Source: Octopus bimaculoides (Eukaryota). From it: a stretch of DNA of 64,000 nt. Every line of letters starts with the position of its first letter. Within the stretch, counting starts at the first letter, position 1. Shown here piece by piece: positions 35,641-50,600 of this stretch. A program made the position numbers and the translations under genes. The notes beneath the pieces are model-generated. The model had not been told where the DNA came from, ran no database searches, and saw only the letters and a list, made by a program, of their open reading frames with translations. The stretch is taken from assembly GCF_001194135.2 (NCBI RefSeq), contig NC_068985.1:26090002-26154001 (forward strand), given 5' to 3'.

Positions 35641-38600
35641 GCTCTGTTTTACTTTTGTTATTTTTAGTAAATTGGCTAAGTGATTAACCAATATTTATTG
35701 TTGGCATAATGACTCTCCTGAGATACAAGTAAAAATATCTGTTAGCCAAGATATACAGTATTCTTGATACAATAGCATAATTTATGTTGTAAAGGATGCT
35801 TAGTAAAATGTATTGCATAAATTACCAATTATAATTTGATCATTGAATTTGACTTGGGGGGGGGGGTGATATTATTATCATGGAAAGATTTTGGATTTTA
35901 AGTGATATGTAAGGAAATGTTGCCAGATATTTCATTGTTTTTATTTAATTTAGCACCTGTAGCTTGTTTAATGCAATGACTATTGTTAGTATAGGTTACT
36001 AATAACTTTTGTATTGCTATCATTTTAATCTCATTAAATTTGTTATTGTAACCATGAGTAATTTTTTTCTTTCATTTCATCTTTTAGATGCTGGAAAATC
36101 CACAATTGGTGGTCATATAATGTAAGATTTTTGTTTTTATCTTGTTTTCATTGTTGAAAATAGAATGATTTTTATGATATTGGGTATATCTGTATTCATA
36201 TTAGCAGTTTGGCATTCTCAACAGATTTTACTATTTCTAGTTATGTAAATTTATTGGTGAAAGGCTTCATAAATGAAGTTAATTTAAAAAATTTTTTTTT
36301 AAAAACTGATTTGTAAGCTAAATTAACTTTGACTTTTTTTTTATATAAATTGAATAGTACTGCAAGTGACATTGAAGAATTTGTGCTTCAGTTGTAAAGG
36401 AATGAGAATGAATGTTGGTATTTATTCTGTAGTAAGGTGTTCAGAATGACTGAAAATTGAAATCCATAAGATGGCTTGAATATAAATGTCAGATATTCAG
36501 TATCTTCCAACTACTCAGAATTTCCACCTCCTGTGTTTATAATTATTTTTATTTTAAACATCAAAATAGCCTCTTTTTTTTTAATTTATACTACACAGGT
36601 ATTTGACTGGCATGGTGGACAAAAGAACTCTTGAAAAATATGAAAAAGAAGCTAAAGAAAAGAATAGAGAAACATGGTTAGTTATTTCCTTATTTTTATT
36701 ATTTGTAATAATTAACCGCTATAGTAAAAGGTAAAGACTCCCTTCGGTCAAGAAGGGGCACCACAAATTTTGTCAAGGCAAAGGTTGAGAAAGCTTGGCA
36801 CCAGTGATGTCTCAACTCATTTCTACAGTAGAGTGAACTGGAGCAACATGAAATAAGTGTCTTGCTCAAGAACACAACACCTAGTCCAGTCCATGAATCA
36901 ATCTCACAATTGTAAATCCGACTCTCTAAACATTGAGTCATGCGCATTCACACAGTTAGCCATTGTATAATAATAATAATAATAATGGATATAGCATAGC
37001 CGCTATGACTGAAATAAGTAGAATACTTTGATAGAATGTCATTTTAATGTCTACTTTCCCATGCTTGTTTGGATCAGGCATGACTTCACTGAAGTAGAAT
37101 TTTCTACAGCCAGATGCCTTTCCTGATGTCAAATCTCACCTGTTTCCAAGCAAGGTAATAATTTCCTCAGTTTATCAAACAGCTGGATATACATTCATGG
37201 AGGACTGAAAATAAACAACACCATTTATATGAAAAATGCTTTGATTACAATCAGTGTAAACAGCTGAATACGCAGTCTCCATAGACACCTGTATACTGGC
37301 AGGTTTCTTTAAGTTTCTGCCAAATTTTACTCAATGAAAACCTAGCAAGCCAAGTGAAATCAGTCCTAGCAGATACTGATGCCACACAACTGGCACATAA
37401 AGGCACCCATTACACTTGGTGTTGTTGGCATTAGGAAGGGCATTCGGCCATAGAAACCATTCCAAATCAGGCTGGAATCTGGTGCAAGCCCTCAGTTTGC
37501 CAGCCTTGGTCAAACCGTCCAAACCATGCCAGTGTGGACAACGGACATTAAATGATGTAGAGGGCACCAACCAATATCATCCACACAGTGGGGTTGATCT
37601 AAGCATGATTACAAAGCAAACTTCTTAGCTACATGGTCATGCCTGCTCTTAACCCTTTAGCATTCAGATTAAATGTAATGCTTATCTATTCACATTGTTT
37701 TGAATTAACCATGAATTATCTTGTAGTTTCAAGATTCTAATAATGCGGTAGTTTATTTTTAGAAGGGGAGGTGTGCAGGGCCAGTTTGAACATTTTGGGC
37801 CAGATATGGCTGGTTTAAATGCTAAAGGGTTAAATTTATAACTCCTTTTAAATCTAAATGGCTGCTTAATGGTAACCTATTTAAATAGAACAAGTTTATC
37901 ATTTTTTATTATTAAAGAACCTTTTTGGAGCTTGACTCAGTTCAGTAATACCATCATCCAGCAATATTCAGTGTTTAGATTGGATTTTGTAAAGAAATAT
38001 CTTTTATAGAAAAGATCTTGTACCCTTCATTATGGTTAAACTGAGCATATCAAAAATCACTGAGGTCAAAAGTTGGCAAAATAATCATTCGATGTAGTTA
38101 TTACAATTGAAGTCTATGCTTTATGAAAGACATTTGGTAGGGACATGCTGCCTAGGTAGGCAATGCCTACCTTGAATAAAATGGATCAATAGCAACATTT
38201 TCCTTTTTATAGCAAAATATGTACCTATTTCAATAAAATTATGAAGGTTATTCGGATTACTGTGCATAAAATGCAAAATATTTTATTTTTTTGTAGATTA
38301 GGTAGGCATGATTCACCCCAGCTTTTCAATCTCAGTATTTAAACTGCACATAGTACTGCTGTAGTACATGTGCTGAGTACACTCCTACAACACTCTTTGC
38401 TTTGTGCTATAAAAGCAGAAGTAAATCTGCCTTCAACTCAGTTGCGCACCTGTGTTTTGCTTATTTTTTGTGTTTTACTACATAAAGGTCACCCACCAAC
38501 TGCCTACCTGAGTAATTACTGACATGAGGTACATATTTCTAAAATGTCTTGTGTGAGCACTTTATTCTGAAATAATTGTTATAAAATTTTATAATGTAAT

Positions 38601-41600
38601 TAAACAGACAAATGTGAAATATTCCCCCACTTCCATAGATTTTGCTTCTAGGCTGTACAGGAATCATATCCTTTCTATGAAATATATTGGTTTTTGTTTG
38701 TATTTACTACCAAACTCGCTAAGCAAAATATTACTGTTTTGTGTTTTCTTTTTTCAAAGGTATTTATCCTGGGCTTTGGATACAAATTTAGAGGAACGTG
38801 AAAAGGGGAAAACTGTGGAAGTTGGACGAGCATATTTTGAGACTGAAAAAAAACATTTTACCATTTTAGATGCTCCAGGTCATAAAAGCTTTGTACCAAA
38901 TATGATTGGTGGTGCTGCGCAAGCTGATATGGCTATTCTTGTGAGTTTTTCTTTACTTTTTTTCTCTTTCTTCTCTCTTTCTCTCTCTCATAACATTTTG
39001 TGATATTTTATTTTATTTTCATCTTTTAGGTGATTTCTGCCAGAAAGGGTGAATTTGAAACTGGATTTGAAAGGGGTGGACAAACAAGAGAACATGCAAT
39101 GTTAGCGAAGACAGCTGGTGTGAAACATTTAGTTGTTCTCATAAATAAAATGGATGACCCAACAGTAGAATGGTCAGAAAAACGGTACAGTAGCTTATTT
39201 ATGTTGGTAGAGAAAGTTATTAATGTCTTGAATATTAGCTTCTATTTCATAGCATTCAGTGAAAAAGGAAATGCCAAATGATGGTCACTTTTTGAATCGG
39301 TAGAAAAGCTTTGCAATTTGGCTTTATCAATCTAATATACATTGAATTTATGAAAAAAGGAATTGTTGCTATGAATGGGTACAGATTTTGTTAAATACTA
39401 ACCTGATAATCCTGATCATATTTAAAGTGTATTTTATTTTTAAAAAATTTAATTACATTTACATTAAACTGAAGTAATATCTTAGTTTTGTGGTAAGAAT
39501 TTCATTCTATATTTGTGTAATATTTAGTTGTGCTCCAAACACAAGTTTAATATTTAGGTTTTAAACAAATATTTTGCTGCTTATTCTTTAAATCTTTGGT
39601 TACTTGAAAAGTAATTGGAACCTAGGCAGTGTGTTGTTTGAGATAGGTTAACAAAAAGATTCATTTTACAGCTTCTCATTGCTTTGGATTTTTTTAAGCT
39701 TAGGAGATTGTCTTAATGAATCTTGGCATGTTTAATATTTTAATTTGTTACCACAACTGTTTCATAGATTTGGAGATACAGGAACTCTTATTAACATGTG
39801 TACACTATTTTAATTATGATGCACTTGAGTATTTTTGTGAACTGAAAATATAAAGAACTTTAACAAACTAAATTATAAGGGCCAGATGTAATTCCGAAAA
39901 ATTACAATCCAGTTGGTAATTAAAGATGTAGAGACTCTTTAATTTCTGTTTACTGTTGATTCTCATGGATTAAAATATCAGTTCTGTTAAGAGTGTAATT
40001 CTTGTATGACTAGACCAGTTTCGTCTGTATTGTCTTTAATGGATCGCAAGAACTTAATTTAGTAGGTTCTTTTTTTTTTTCTTTTTCTTGTAGGTACAAT
40101 GAATGTCATGATAAGCTTATACCTTACCTAAGAAAATGTGGCTTTAATCCAAAAACAGATATTTATTTTATGCCAGTGTCAGGATTAACTGGTGCTTTCC
40201 TTAAAGATGTAGTATCAGAAGAAGTGTGTCCATGGTTCCGAGGGCCAGCATTAATCCAATATTTAGATGATATGCCCTCACTAAACAGAGCTTCAGATGG
40301 CCCTGTAAGGGTACCAGTTGTTGATAGATACAAGGTATTATTTTGATTTTTCCCAACCCCCCCCCCAAACTCTCAATTATGTTATATTGGAAAAATGTTC
40401 ACGATGACTGCAATTAAAATGGTATAGTTGATTTTTTAGAGGTCAGAATTACTTAATGATGGAGTACTTAAAATACCCAAGTCAAACTGAAATGGTTGTG
40501 TGTTAAGCAGTTAAATTCTAAACCATTATCCGTGGACTTCAGTCCACTATCCTACATACTCCCTATGGAAGCCACTTAATCTCAAACCATCTCTGCTCTC
40601 CAAGCCTCCCAATTTCATTTATTATATGCAGTGTGTGCCTATATAACGTCTCTCACTTGAACATGAGTGATAAAAACTTCCAGCTGCTCAGGCTCGGATT
40701 TTCTTTTCCAGTCTTGTTTATTTACCATTTCCTAGCCACTAACGGTTGACTGTTTTGTCTCTTAACCCTTTCATTACTATATTTCTGACCAAAATACACC
40801 CCTCATGAGTTTCAGTTAAATTCTAAAATAATCATTAATTTAGACTAGTTTCATTAAACAACTGTAACGTTTTTACTTAACATATTAATGTGAATATTTG
40901 GAACATAATGAGTCATCAGCTAATATTTAATTGGGTATGCAACAACATTTTGATATAGAAGAATTGTGCACATCACTAGATTATCAGTTGAATTTAATGC
41001 ACAGAACAGGTGTACCATAAAGCTAAAATAAACTGAAATATTGGAATTTGTTTTAGAGGAAAACTAGAAAATTAAATACATCAACTAAATGAAATATACT
41101 CACACACATACATGAATACATGGGAGCATATATAATAAAGGTTTACAAGTAAAGCTAAGTAAATTTGAAAAATATTTATACAATCTAATTACACATATAT
41201 ACAAGCAATATTCACACAATATTTCTATCATAGAAAATTGTAAAACATCCCACTCTACATACTGCAACCTTGCAGAATGCACATTGGAAAGATGTTTCAA
41301 CTGGCCATCCACTGGGAGTTTATCTTTGTTGATGTAGACATTCACGGCACTGCCTTTGCGACCCCCGATTTTTTCTAATTTATGTAGATCAGCTGAACTC
41401 GGAGGAAGATCTCTCTGGCAGGCTTTGCATTTCCTTCCTGCAGTTATTTTTTTTGGAGGAATAACCTGCCCTCAACTGCGTTGCTACATCTGCTCGGAAC
41501 TGCAGATGTCGCATTGCTTGCGAACCCTCCTGATTTGGTATATAATATAAATGCATTTACAATGCTCATGTTTACTATATACCAAACCAGCTATCGCCAC

Positions 41601-44600
41601 TATTTATTACCCGGTCTACCAACCGGATAATGATCTGGTTCAGCCGATCCACACCGCCCTTGTACCTGTTATAATTAAGGTTCACAAACAGGATGCCATT
41701 TTCATCTACACATGGTTGTGCAATGTTAGATAGAAAATTTATCTGCCTCTTATCTCTGCAGTCGCTAGCAGATTTCCTTTCTACTGTTGGATTATTTCAC
41801 TTTTTTTTTTTTTAATCCAACAGCACCCCTTTTCTACTAGCAATTACTGCAGCACAAGTATACGTTGCCACAGCTTCTAAATCCGCTGCAAGTTTGACCA
41901 AACTAAAAAATCAGTCAAAAAATAATATATGGCCCTGGTTATGGTATGGAAGTGAACTCCAGACCACATCATACCCTAGGCCATGCTGACTAACATTGTC
42001 TCTTTTCCTCATCTGAAAGCTAAATCCACAGCAGCACCCACAAATTTTCCAAACTCTGATCCCCCATTTCGTGGGCTTTCCTGGCATATACTTCCTTTAT
42101 ACTCCACCATGCCCTCATCAACAGATAAGTATCTCTCAGGGTTGTAAAATGTTTTATATGCATTTTGAACACAGTCAATGAGGGGTCTTATTCTAAATAA
42201 AGGATCAAAGTTTGGTTCTCCACGTACTGGGGTACTGCTAGTGTCTCTCACATGTAAATACTGGTTCAGTTTCACAAATCGTATTCGGATTATAATACTG
42301 GAAACATACTGATCACCAAAAGGTTTCTGATTGCTCCAGTAATTTGTAATTCTGGGTAACTGTCTAATACCCATAATAATATTTCTTTCATTTCATCATC
42401 CTTGGTATATCCTGGCACCATAATATGCCCTATAGCTTGTGGGCCCTTCAAATTCAGATTCCCCCACTACCCTATAATCGCAAAACTGGCCAAGGCCTAT
42501 AAAGAAAATTGAACACCAACCACATTGTTTTCACCTGTCCAAGATCTGTGAATTCATGCCATGACCACCTCCAACTAAACGAAAATACCTTAATTGTATT
42601 GTACTTTGTTTCTGTCATTAGTTGCTGTGTTCTTAAATATTTACATTTGTCAGTAATATGTGCAAGATTTATGGGTCCCACCTACCCAGTGCACTTTTGC
42701 TTTATTTGACTTATGTAAAAGTGAAATAAGTATGAAAGCAGTTTGGCTTCACTGAATTATTGGTAAACAAATATACTTGAATTTCATTTAAGTGTGAAAG
42801 GGTTAGATAAGTTAATGTCAGATATTCTCCCCCACCTCTTCAATAAAATATTTTTCATAATTGTTTTCATAGGATATTGCATGTTTTTCTTTATTTTTTT
42901 TTAATAGGATATGGGAACAATTGTTATTGGAAAGGTTGAATCTGGCAGTTTATCAAAAAATCAAACTCTATGCCTCATGCCTAATAAAGTAAGTATCAAT
43001 TATCTTTTCAGTTTTTCTTTTAAACCTGGTACTTACTCTCTTTCGTCCAGCTGTGCTTGGTTACAGGGAGCTAAACATACCAGCACCAGTTGTCAAGCAG
43101 TGGTAGGAGGACAGACACGGGTTTCTTTCAGCTTAAGGCTATAGTAGAAGACACTTGCCCCAGGTGCCATGCAGTGGGACTGAACCCCATTCTATGTGGT
43201 TAAGAGGCAAACTTATTACACAGCCATGCCTTGTCTTAACATCTTTCCCATGCTTGCATGGGTCAGACTATTACCATCATCATCGTTTAAGGTCCATTTT
43301 CCATGCTGGCATGGGTTGGATGGTTCGACTGGGGGTCTGGGAAGCCAGGAGGCTGCACCATATGTGTGTGTAGGCAGCTCCACTGCAGTATTTTGAGCTA
43401 GTGTCTACTATATTCTCAGGTTGGCCAAAGGCTGTAAGTGGATTTCACTAGCAAAAGCTGAAAGTTTGTGTGTATGTATGTATATATATATATATAAAAC
43501 CCATCAAGCCATGTGAAATTGCAGTCATGGCTGATGCCAGTGTCATGTAGCTGGCACATAAAATGCACCCTTTGAATGTTGGGCAATATGTTGTGCTTGA
43601 GGACAGCTGTCAAGCCAGTGTTGCGTAAATGACACCTGTGCCAGTAGCACATAAAAGGCACCCTTTGGACTTTAGGCCTCACAGTGGCAGTGACAAATGA
43701 CTAAAATCTTTGGGAGTATACCATGCTTCAGAAGACCTGTCAAGCCAAGTGAGAATGTAATCGTGAGCAATGCCTGTAAAAAGCACCCAATTCATTCTTG
43801 GAGTGGTTGGCATTGGGAAGGGCATCCAGCTGTAGAAACCATGCCAGCATGGAAAACAGGTGTTAAATGATGATGTGTGTATGTATATTTGTATTGGGTT
43901 TCTTTGTCTTGGCATCAAGTGATAGTTGTAAATGAGCAACATCTCATACAAGCAATACCATTCATTTCCAATCATCTCTGAGAGCATGTCTGGCCACAAG
44001 AAATACTGTCACAAAGATTTCCCTTGGTAAGTTATGCCTGACCCATGCAAGCATTGAAAAGTGATCATTAAAACAATGATATATATGGAAGCCATGGGTT
44101 ATCAGTGTGCATTCATTTCTTGTATTCTTCACCTCAATGTTTTGAACTGGTACATTAGTCTTGGTTGACTCCTCATAATTTTCTATCTAAATGGTTTAAC
44201 TAATTATTTAGATGTTTCAGTCTTAGAGAAATTTGATCTATGACATTGTACTTTTTATGAGAACCTTTGCTGTCCAGAATATTGTTACTGCTTATGTGCC
44301 ATTTAAAGTACTTATCAAAAGTTTTTCTCTCAAGGTTGCACAGATGATTTTAGTGGAATAAGTTTTTTAAAAACATATAATTAATGCTTTTTATGTGAAA
44401 GATAAATATTAATCATGTAGCATCCAATTGATACCTATCATTTTGCTGAGGTTATTTTCAGCAGAAATTACAGCTGTTTTTCATGTTAAAAATTAGATAC
44501 ACCAAATATGTTAGTGATACATCTATCCGATGAAATGTGATACATTTGGGATTTAAATTTCTGATATTTTATCATTTCAGGTTCCTGTTAAGATTATGCA

Positions 44601-47600
44601 GTTATGGTCTGACGATATTGAAACGGATGCCACTAGTGCTGGAGAAAATGTAAAAATAAAGCTTCAAGGGGTTGAAGAAGAGGTAGCATACTTTTATTCC
44701 TTGTGTATTCATTTCGGAAATATCTGGTCTTCAGCATTTTCCACATGTCATTACAAAACATTGCAACTTGCCTTGATGATGTCAGATTTGTTTCCTTATA
44801 AAACATATGACTTATCTTGTTACATTAGAATTTCTTGGACTGTATTATGTAAATTAAACTTTTGGTGTGAATTTCAAAGAATAACACACTAAACTGTTCA
44901 GATTAATTCCTTCATACTATTTTCTTGTTTATACAGAAGTATTCCATAATTTTATATTCTATATTTTCTTTTTATTTAGGATGTCTCTCCAGGTTTTGTG
45001 ATATGTTCTCCAGATAATGTATGCCATACAGGGAAAACATTTGATGCTCAGGTTAATGTTTTAATTTTGTCAATTTCTAATTTATATAAATTTTTACACT
45101 TTTGAATTTATTATATAATTATTATTTTTGCTAGTATTTTATTTTACATGTTGAAAAGAATGATAAACTTGAGTTAGATATAGAATGTCTTCTTTGTCTT
45201 AATTTAACAGATTGTCATCTTAGAACACAAATCTATTATTTGTGCTGGTTACAGTGCTATTCTTCATATCCATGCCTGTGCAGAAGAAATAACAATCAAA
45301 GTAAGTTTGGTTTTTCTCTCTCCTGTTTTAAACTTTCTAGAAATAATTTTGTGCCGTTCATTGAAGTTCTCTCTCTTTATATAGATATGAACTGGTGTCG
45401 CCCATGTACCTCATGTCCAACATAAAGGATCATTCACATATTTTAAGTTCTCCATTCATTTCAGTCTTAATTTGATTTTCCTTGTCCTTTATTATTAAAC
45501 ATATCCTAGATGTTTCTTGCAATTTCGGTATTTCTACATCCTTGTTCTCAAAATAAAAAATCTTTTATATTTGCAATCTGTTTACCTATTTTTTCCATAT
45601 TTGTATGGTTTGGATAGGTCCTCTCTAACACAGTGCCTTGCCAATTGTTGCATTCCTTTGTCATCTTTGTGAGGACCAATTTTCACCTATCTTTGGTCTT
45701 TCTCTTCAGTTTTACCACTTAGATTTCCTGGCACTTCTTTACCTAGCTGTTTCCATGCATACCCATTTTGTCCTTTCTAGTGGTGTTCTCTTGTGCACTT
45801 ATCTGATTCCTCTTCTACAGTTTTTTCCTCATCTCACATTGATGATGTACACTTAACATTTCACATCCAATAGATCCTGCTGGTTTCATTTCTCTCCAGT
45901 CTTCATACACAAGCATACATAACCCTTCATGTCTAAAGAGTCCTCTTGTAGCAAACAGTAAATAACTCCTAAACTTTTCCCCCTTTCTTATTGTGGCTGC
46001 TATGCTTTCAAAGTAACTTCTTTCCCTACTGATAAGTTCATCTAGATCAATCGTTCTCAAACAGACATACACCAAACCTTTCTTAAAAACTGGTAATGGG
46101 TTTTTGAGAGAAATTTTTTGTTCATAATTCTTTCTCAGCAAATGGTGTTTAAAATCTTAATTTTATTAAGCAGAGCAATTTGAGACTCTGTATCAATTCT
46201 CACAGTCTTTATTCACTGTCAGCTTAACTGTGGCTCCAATATATCTCTTATGCAAACATAATTCACTCTGTGTACTCCATACATAGTTTCTGCCTACTCT
46301 TCCTCTGTATATTAAGCACAGTAATTTCCTTGATGGTGCTACATAATTTTGTTGTTTGCTGCCCTTTTTATTTCATTCTTAGAAACACATTGATAGCTAC
46401 CAAGCACTCCAAAATAACCATCATGGTTCTTTACAATGTGTCAACTTAAAGGTGTCTTGTGTTATTGGGGTAGTTTGCAGTAGGATGTCTGGTGCTTGAT
46501 ACGAGATCTCATCCATAAGATATTTCCACCTATTCACACAACTGTCTTGTGTAGCTGTTTAGATGCTGACTGGACCTTGAACCTGTTTTGTTAGTAGTAC
46601 TTTTGGACACTAAAAGTAAACCTGCATGAAGAAATATACACATACAGGTAGAGAGGGAGATGCATTACATCTTTTCAGTTAAAACTGATCAACATAAACC
46701 ACTACAGCACATGGCGTAGTGGTTAAGAGCACGGGCTACTAACCCCAAGATTCCGAGTTCGATTCCAGGCAGTGACCTGAATAATAATAATGATATTGAA
46801 AAATACCTTAGAAATGAGAACCCAGGTTCAAAATTTCCCCAAGGCTGGAGGGTATATCAGCTGAAACGTGTTAACAACAAACAAGATGAGGACAAATATC
46901 TGTCAAATGTAGATAATGTACATAATTCCTCATCTCTTAAATATAGAACTGTATAAACACTTTCACTCACCATCATATCCCATAGGGTAAAGCAGAAAGT
47001 CAAACAAAGTTTTAGTAGTTGTGATGTGTTGCCAAATAAAAACAAAACTATGGTACCAAATGGCCCCATGAATAAAGCTTGCAGTTCACATCTTCACCAT
47101 GTAGACTTTCAACCTTAGTCTATGATGCTGAACTTACAGTGAACTATAAATAGCATCAGGCAGTAGATTGAAAATGATTTTAAAAAAACAGATTTGGACT
47201 GATGGAGAGAATGAGAATATGTGAGTGTGGAACAAGATGGAATAAAAGAGTCTGAAGGCAGAAAAAGAGATAAAGAGGGATAGAAGATGTATATGAAAGG
47301 AGAAGGGAAAATAGTGTCATGTGGTAAGAGATATGAAGATGCTTGAAGGAAATACTGTGGGAAAGAGTTGAAGAGGAGAAATAGTATGATACACAAATAT
47401 AGTGAGGAAAGAGGTAAGCATTTATGCAAGAACTTGTCCAACATGCTTCAATCCTGTCACAATTTCTTTTACAAATGAAAGAAATATCAAATACACAAAA
47501 ATATATGAGTAAAACAATCTTGTTTTGTTTTTTTTTTGACAATTGAGAAATAATTTGAATTGGTTCTGAATCATACCTTCTGATGCTTCAGAATGAGTCT

Positions 47601-50600
47601 CCTGCTGGATTTTAGAATTTTTATTCTTTACTTTTGTTGAGCTAGGGCCCTAGGCAATAACTTATTTCATATCTTTTGCTTGCAATATTTTGTGCTTTTG
47701 AACCTGTTAGCTTGTTAATTTGCTTCTAGTGTGCTTTTTATACAAGACTGGAATGTCATTTTTATATCCTCCAAATATGGATTTTTCTTTTACTACAAGG
47801 TGTTTTAATACTATTGTTTCTTACAATGATGCTTAAACAAATTTTTTTTTTTAACTTTAAAAACTCTTGTTCTTAAACTAATGGTTTGATTTTTGGAGTG
47901 ACTGTCTAGACTTTTTGTTCAAATATACTCTCATAAATTTTTTTAATTGTAAGCTTAAAGGGTAGATGTACAATGGATTTATCTAGTGTGTTTGATCACA
48001 AACAGCAACAGACTAAAATTTATACCACTATGCCAATTTACATTAATCAAACTAACCCCATTAGCAATTTTTATTTGTATTATATATCCAGACATTTTCT
48101 TTATAGCATTTATTATGTTTGGTTGACAAGAAGACTGGTGAAAAAACTCAACTTAAACCCAGATTTATAAAACAAGACCAAGTTGGCCTTGCTCGAATAC
48201 AAGTAAATGGTGGGATGATTTGCTTAGAATCCTTCAAGGATTTTCCACAAATGGGACGGTTCACTCTTAGAGATGAAGGTAAAGTTATTTGAGGCTTTTA
48301 TTTTTTATATATTTTATTGTCTCTTATCTTTCTGTATTTATAAACTACCTTATATTATTGAATTGTGATGGATAATGTTCCTCACTTGGCATATAAGTTG
48401 TGAATTTTACTTGTTGGATATTAAATAAAATATTCCTTTCCTTTTTATTAAATTTGTTTGTCCCTATTATAGTACTTTAATGGGCCAGGGAAGAGATTCT
48501 GAAATGCTCATGTTTAAAGGGGGGGGGGACCGTGTTGTCAGTGTGGATGATATTGCCAAGTTTAGCCTCATTCTGTATCCAAACACGATGCTAAAATGTA
48601 TAGGCTGAAAAGTGTGGAAGAATGAAGTGTTCAATCTGTATTCAGTGGACATTGAGTTTTTCTTCTCAAAAAAGATTTATGGTGTAAGTCATAAGAACAA
48701 TGTTTAGATATGAAAGATGTAGAAGATAAAGAATTTTTATTAATGTTGTCTTACTCTCAGATGAGATTTTGGATATCAATGTCACATTGCTTGATTTTCT
48801 GTTTTGAAACCTCTGGGAATAGTATCTGCATTTTTCATATGATACTACTTTTGTTAGTCAAAGGAGGAAAGAAAACTCCATACCCTTTCTAGGATCCTCA
48901 AAGGTGGTGGCTTAGAAGCCACTGTAACAGAATGGACTATTACATTGTCTGTAATGGTGTGACACCCAAAAACTAGAACATTCTGGTCAAAGAGCTCCCT
49001 GTTTCCATCTTACTTCTGAGGCTATTGCAGAAGATACTTGCACAAGGTACTGCACAGTGGGATCAAAGCCCAAAGCAGAATTCCACAACTCGTGTATTTC
49101 GTTTTTGGATTTGGTTTGCAAGATTCTTTGTGAGTTTGTGTGTTGAAGCACATTCTATTGTGTCTGGGGAGAGTCATTTTCTTTTTGTGCCTGATAATTT
49201 AACACACTCACCAGTAAAATTTCCACTTATTTCTTATTTTCCTAAAATTTTTGTTGCATCTTACAACCTTTTCAATAGTCTTGACTCTCAGTCTGTATTG
49301 CTTGCTCAGTATTCTGCGTTTTATCTTTTTGCTGTGAAGAGGGTTTTGAAGTCTACAGTAATAAATGGCTTCAGACCAGATAGAATGGATTAATTCCAAA
49401 TAGAATAGTGAACTGAAGCAGGAGCAACTGGCTAAGCACTATATAAAGATATATACAGTTATGTAGGCTAGTTGATAACTTCAGCATTTTTTCTTGTTAA
49501 ATAGCAAGTTATGTAATGCCTATGTTACAGAATATGTCGAGAAATGCCTGTATCACTTGAATTAACTGGATTTTGAATACTTTTCGCTCACAAAGAATAA
49601 AATTCAAATTCTATAGAAGTATTGTAACAAAGGTTGAATATTGAATTTGCTGAGAGTTCATGTAAAAGACTCAGAAGTAGATACCTCCCAATGCTTGTAT
49701 GACCTCAACACCCTTTTTCCAAGTTGTCAAACCAGTTTAGTCTTGTGGAAAGTTTGCAAAATCAAGGTTGTACATATAATAATGGGGATAGTGTGTGCCA
49801 AAAATTCTTAGTTATTTCCCCTTTATTGATTTTTTTTTTTTTTTAACATGTTGATTAAAAAAAAAAAATAAGCACACTACTATCATTGTAATATGGCTGC
49901 TGTTGCTGAAAAATAAAAGTAAATAACTTCAAATTGCAACAACTGGAAATGTATCTGTATAGATTAGAATATTGTCCTTAGAAATAATTGTTCATTGTTT
50001 GAACCAAACTTATTGATAATTAGAAATTAAATCTACCAAAATGTAGTGCTCTTTTATTAGTGATTGCATTCGATTTTGTATGATGAATGTTAAAATTGAC
50101 CTTGGCAGGATTTGAGTTCAGAATGTTAAGTGTAATCAAATACAGTTATTTTGTATAGCTTATGAGTTACATTATCTGCCTGTCAGATATAGGTATAGAT
50201 ATAAAAAATTGTACATACATTCGAATGATGGGTTTGATATTCCTGAAAAATGCCTAGTTGGCTTTGCTTTGTTGATAATATATGATCACTACTCTCACAT
50301 ATTAGTAATTTATTTCGTGTATGAGATTTGTCCGAAAAGAAACTAAACTTTTTTTTTTTTTAAAGAATTTAATTACTTGAATTAACATGGTTTGGACTGC
50401 TACAAAAATGGCTTCATCTACAATTAGTACACCTCCCCAAGTTTAGGAATGTGTTTTCCAGCATAGCGCACAGTTCTCATAGCAAATTTTCTGTTATCAC
50501 AGTTGAAATAGGAACATCACCTTTACTACTCAACATTTGTTGTAAAGATATTATCACTGGGGCTAGTAGCCTTTTCAAAGGTGTCTGGTGATAACTACTC

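Noticed and set aside
46707-46775. tRNA gene (A/B boxes, anticodon-like loop)
   Set aside because: No acceptor-stem pairing, and it continues into a dispersed-repeat body; it is a SINE head.
45540-47460. ORFs 45815..46141, 47115..47444 and 47180..47542 as a nested antisense gene
   Set aside because: No recognisable domain or splice structure; the sequence is composition-biased and probably decayed LINE material.
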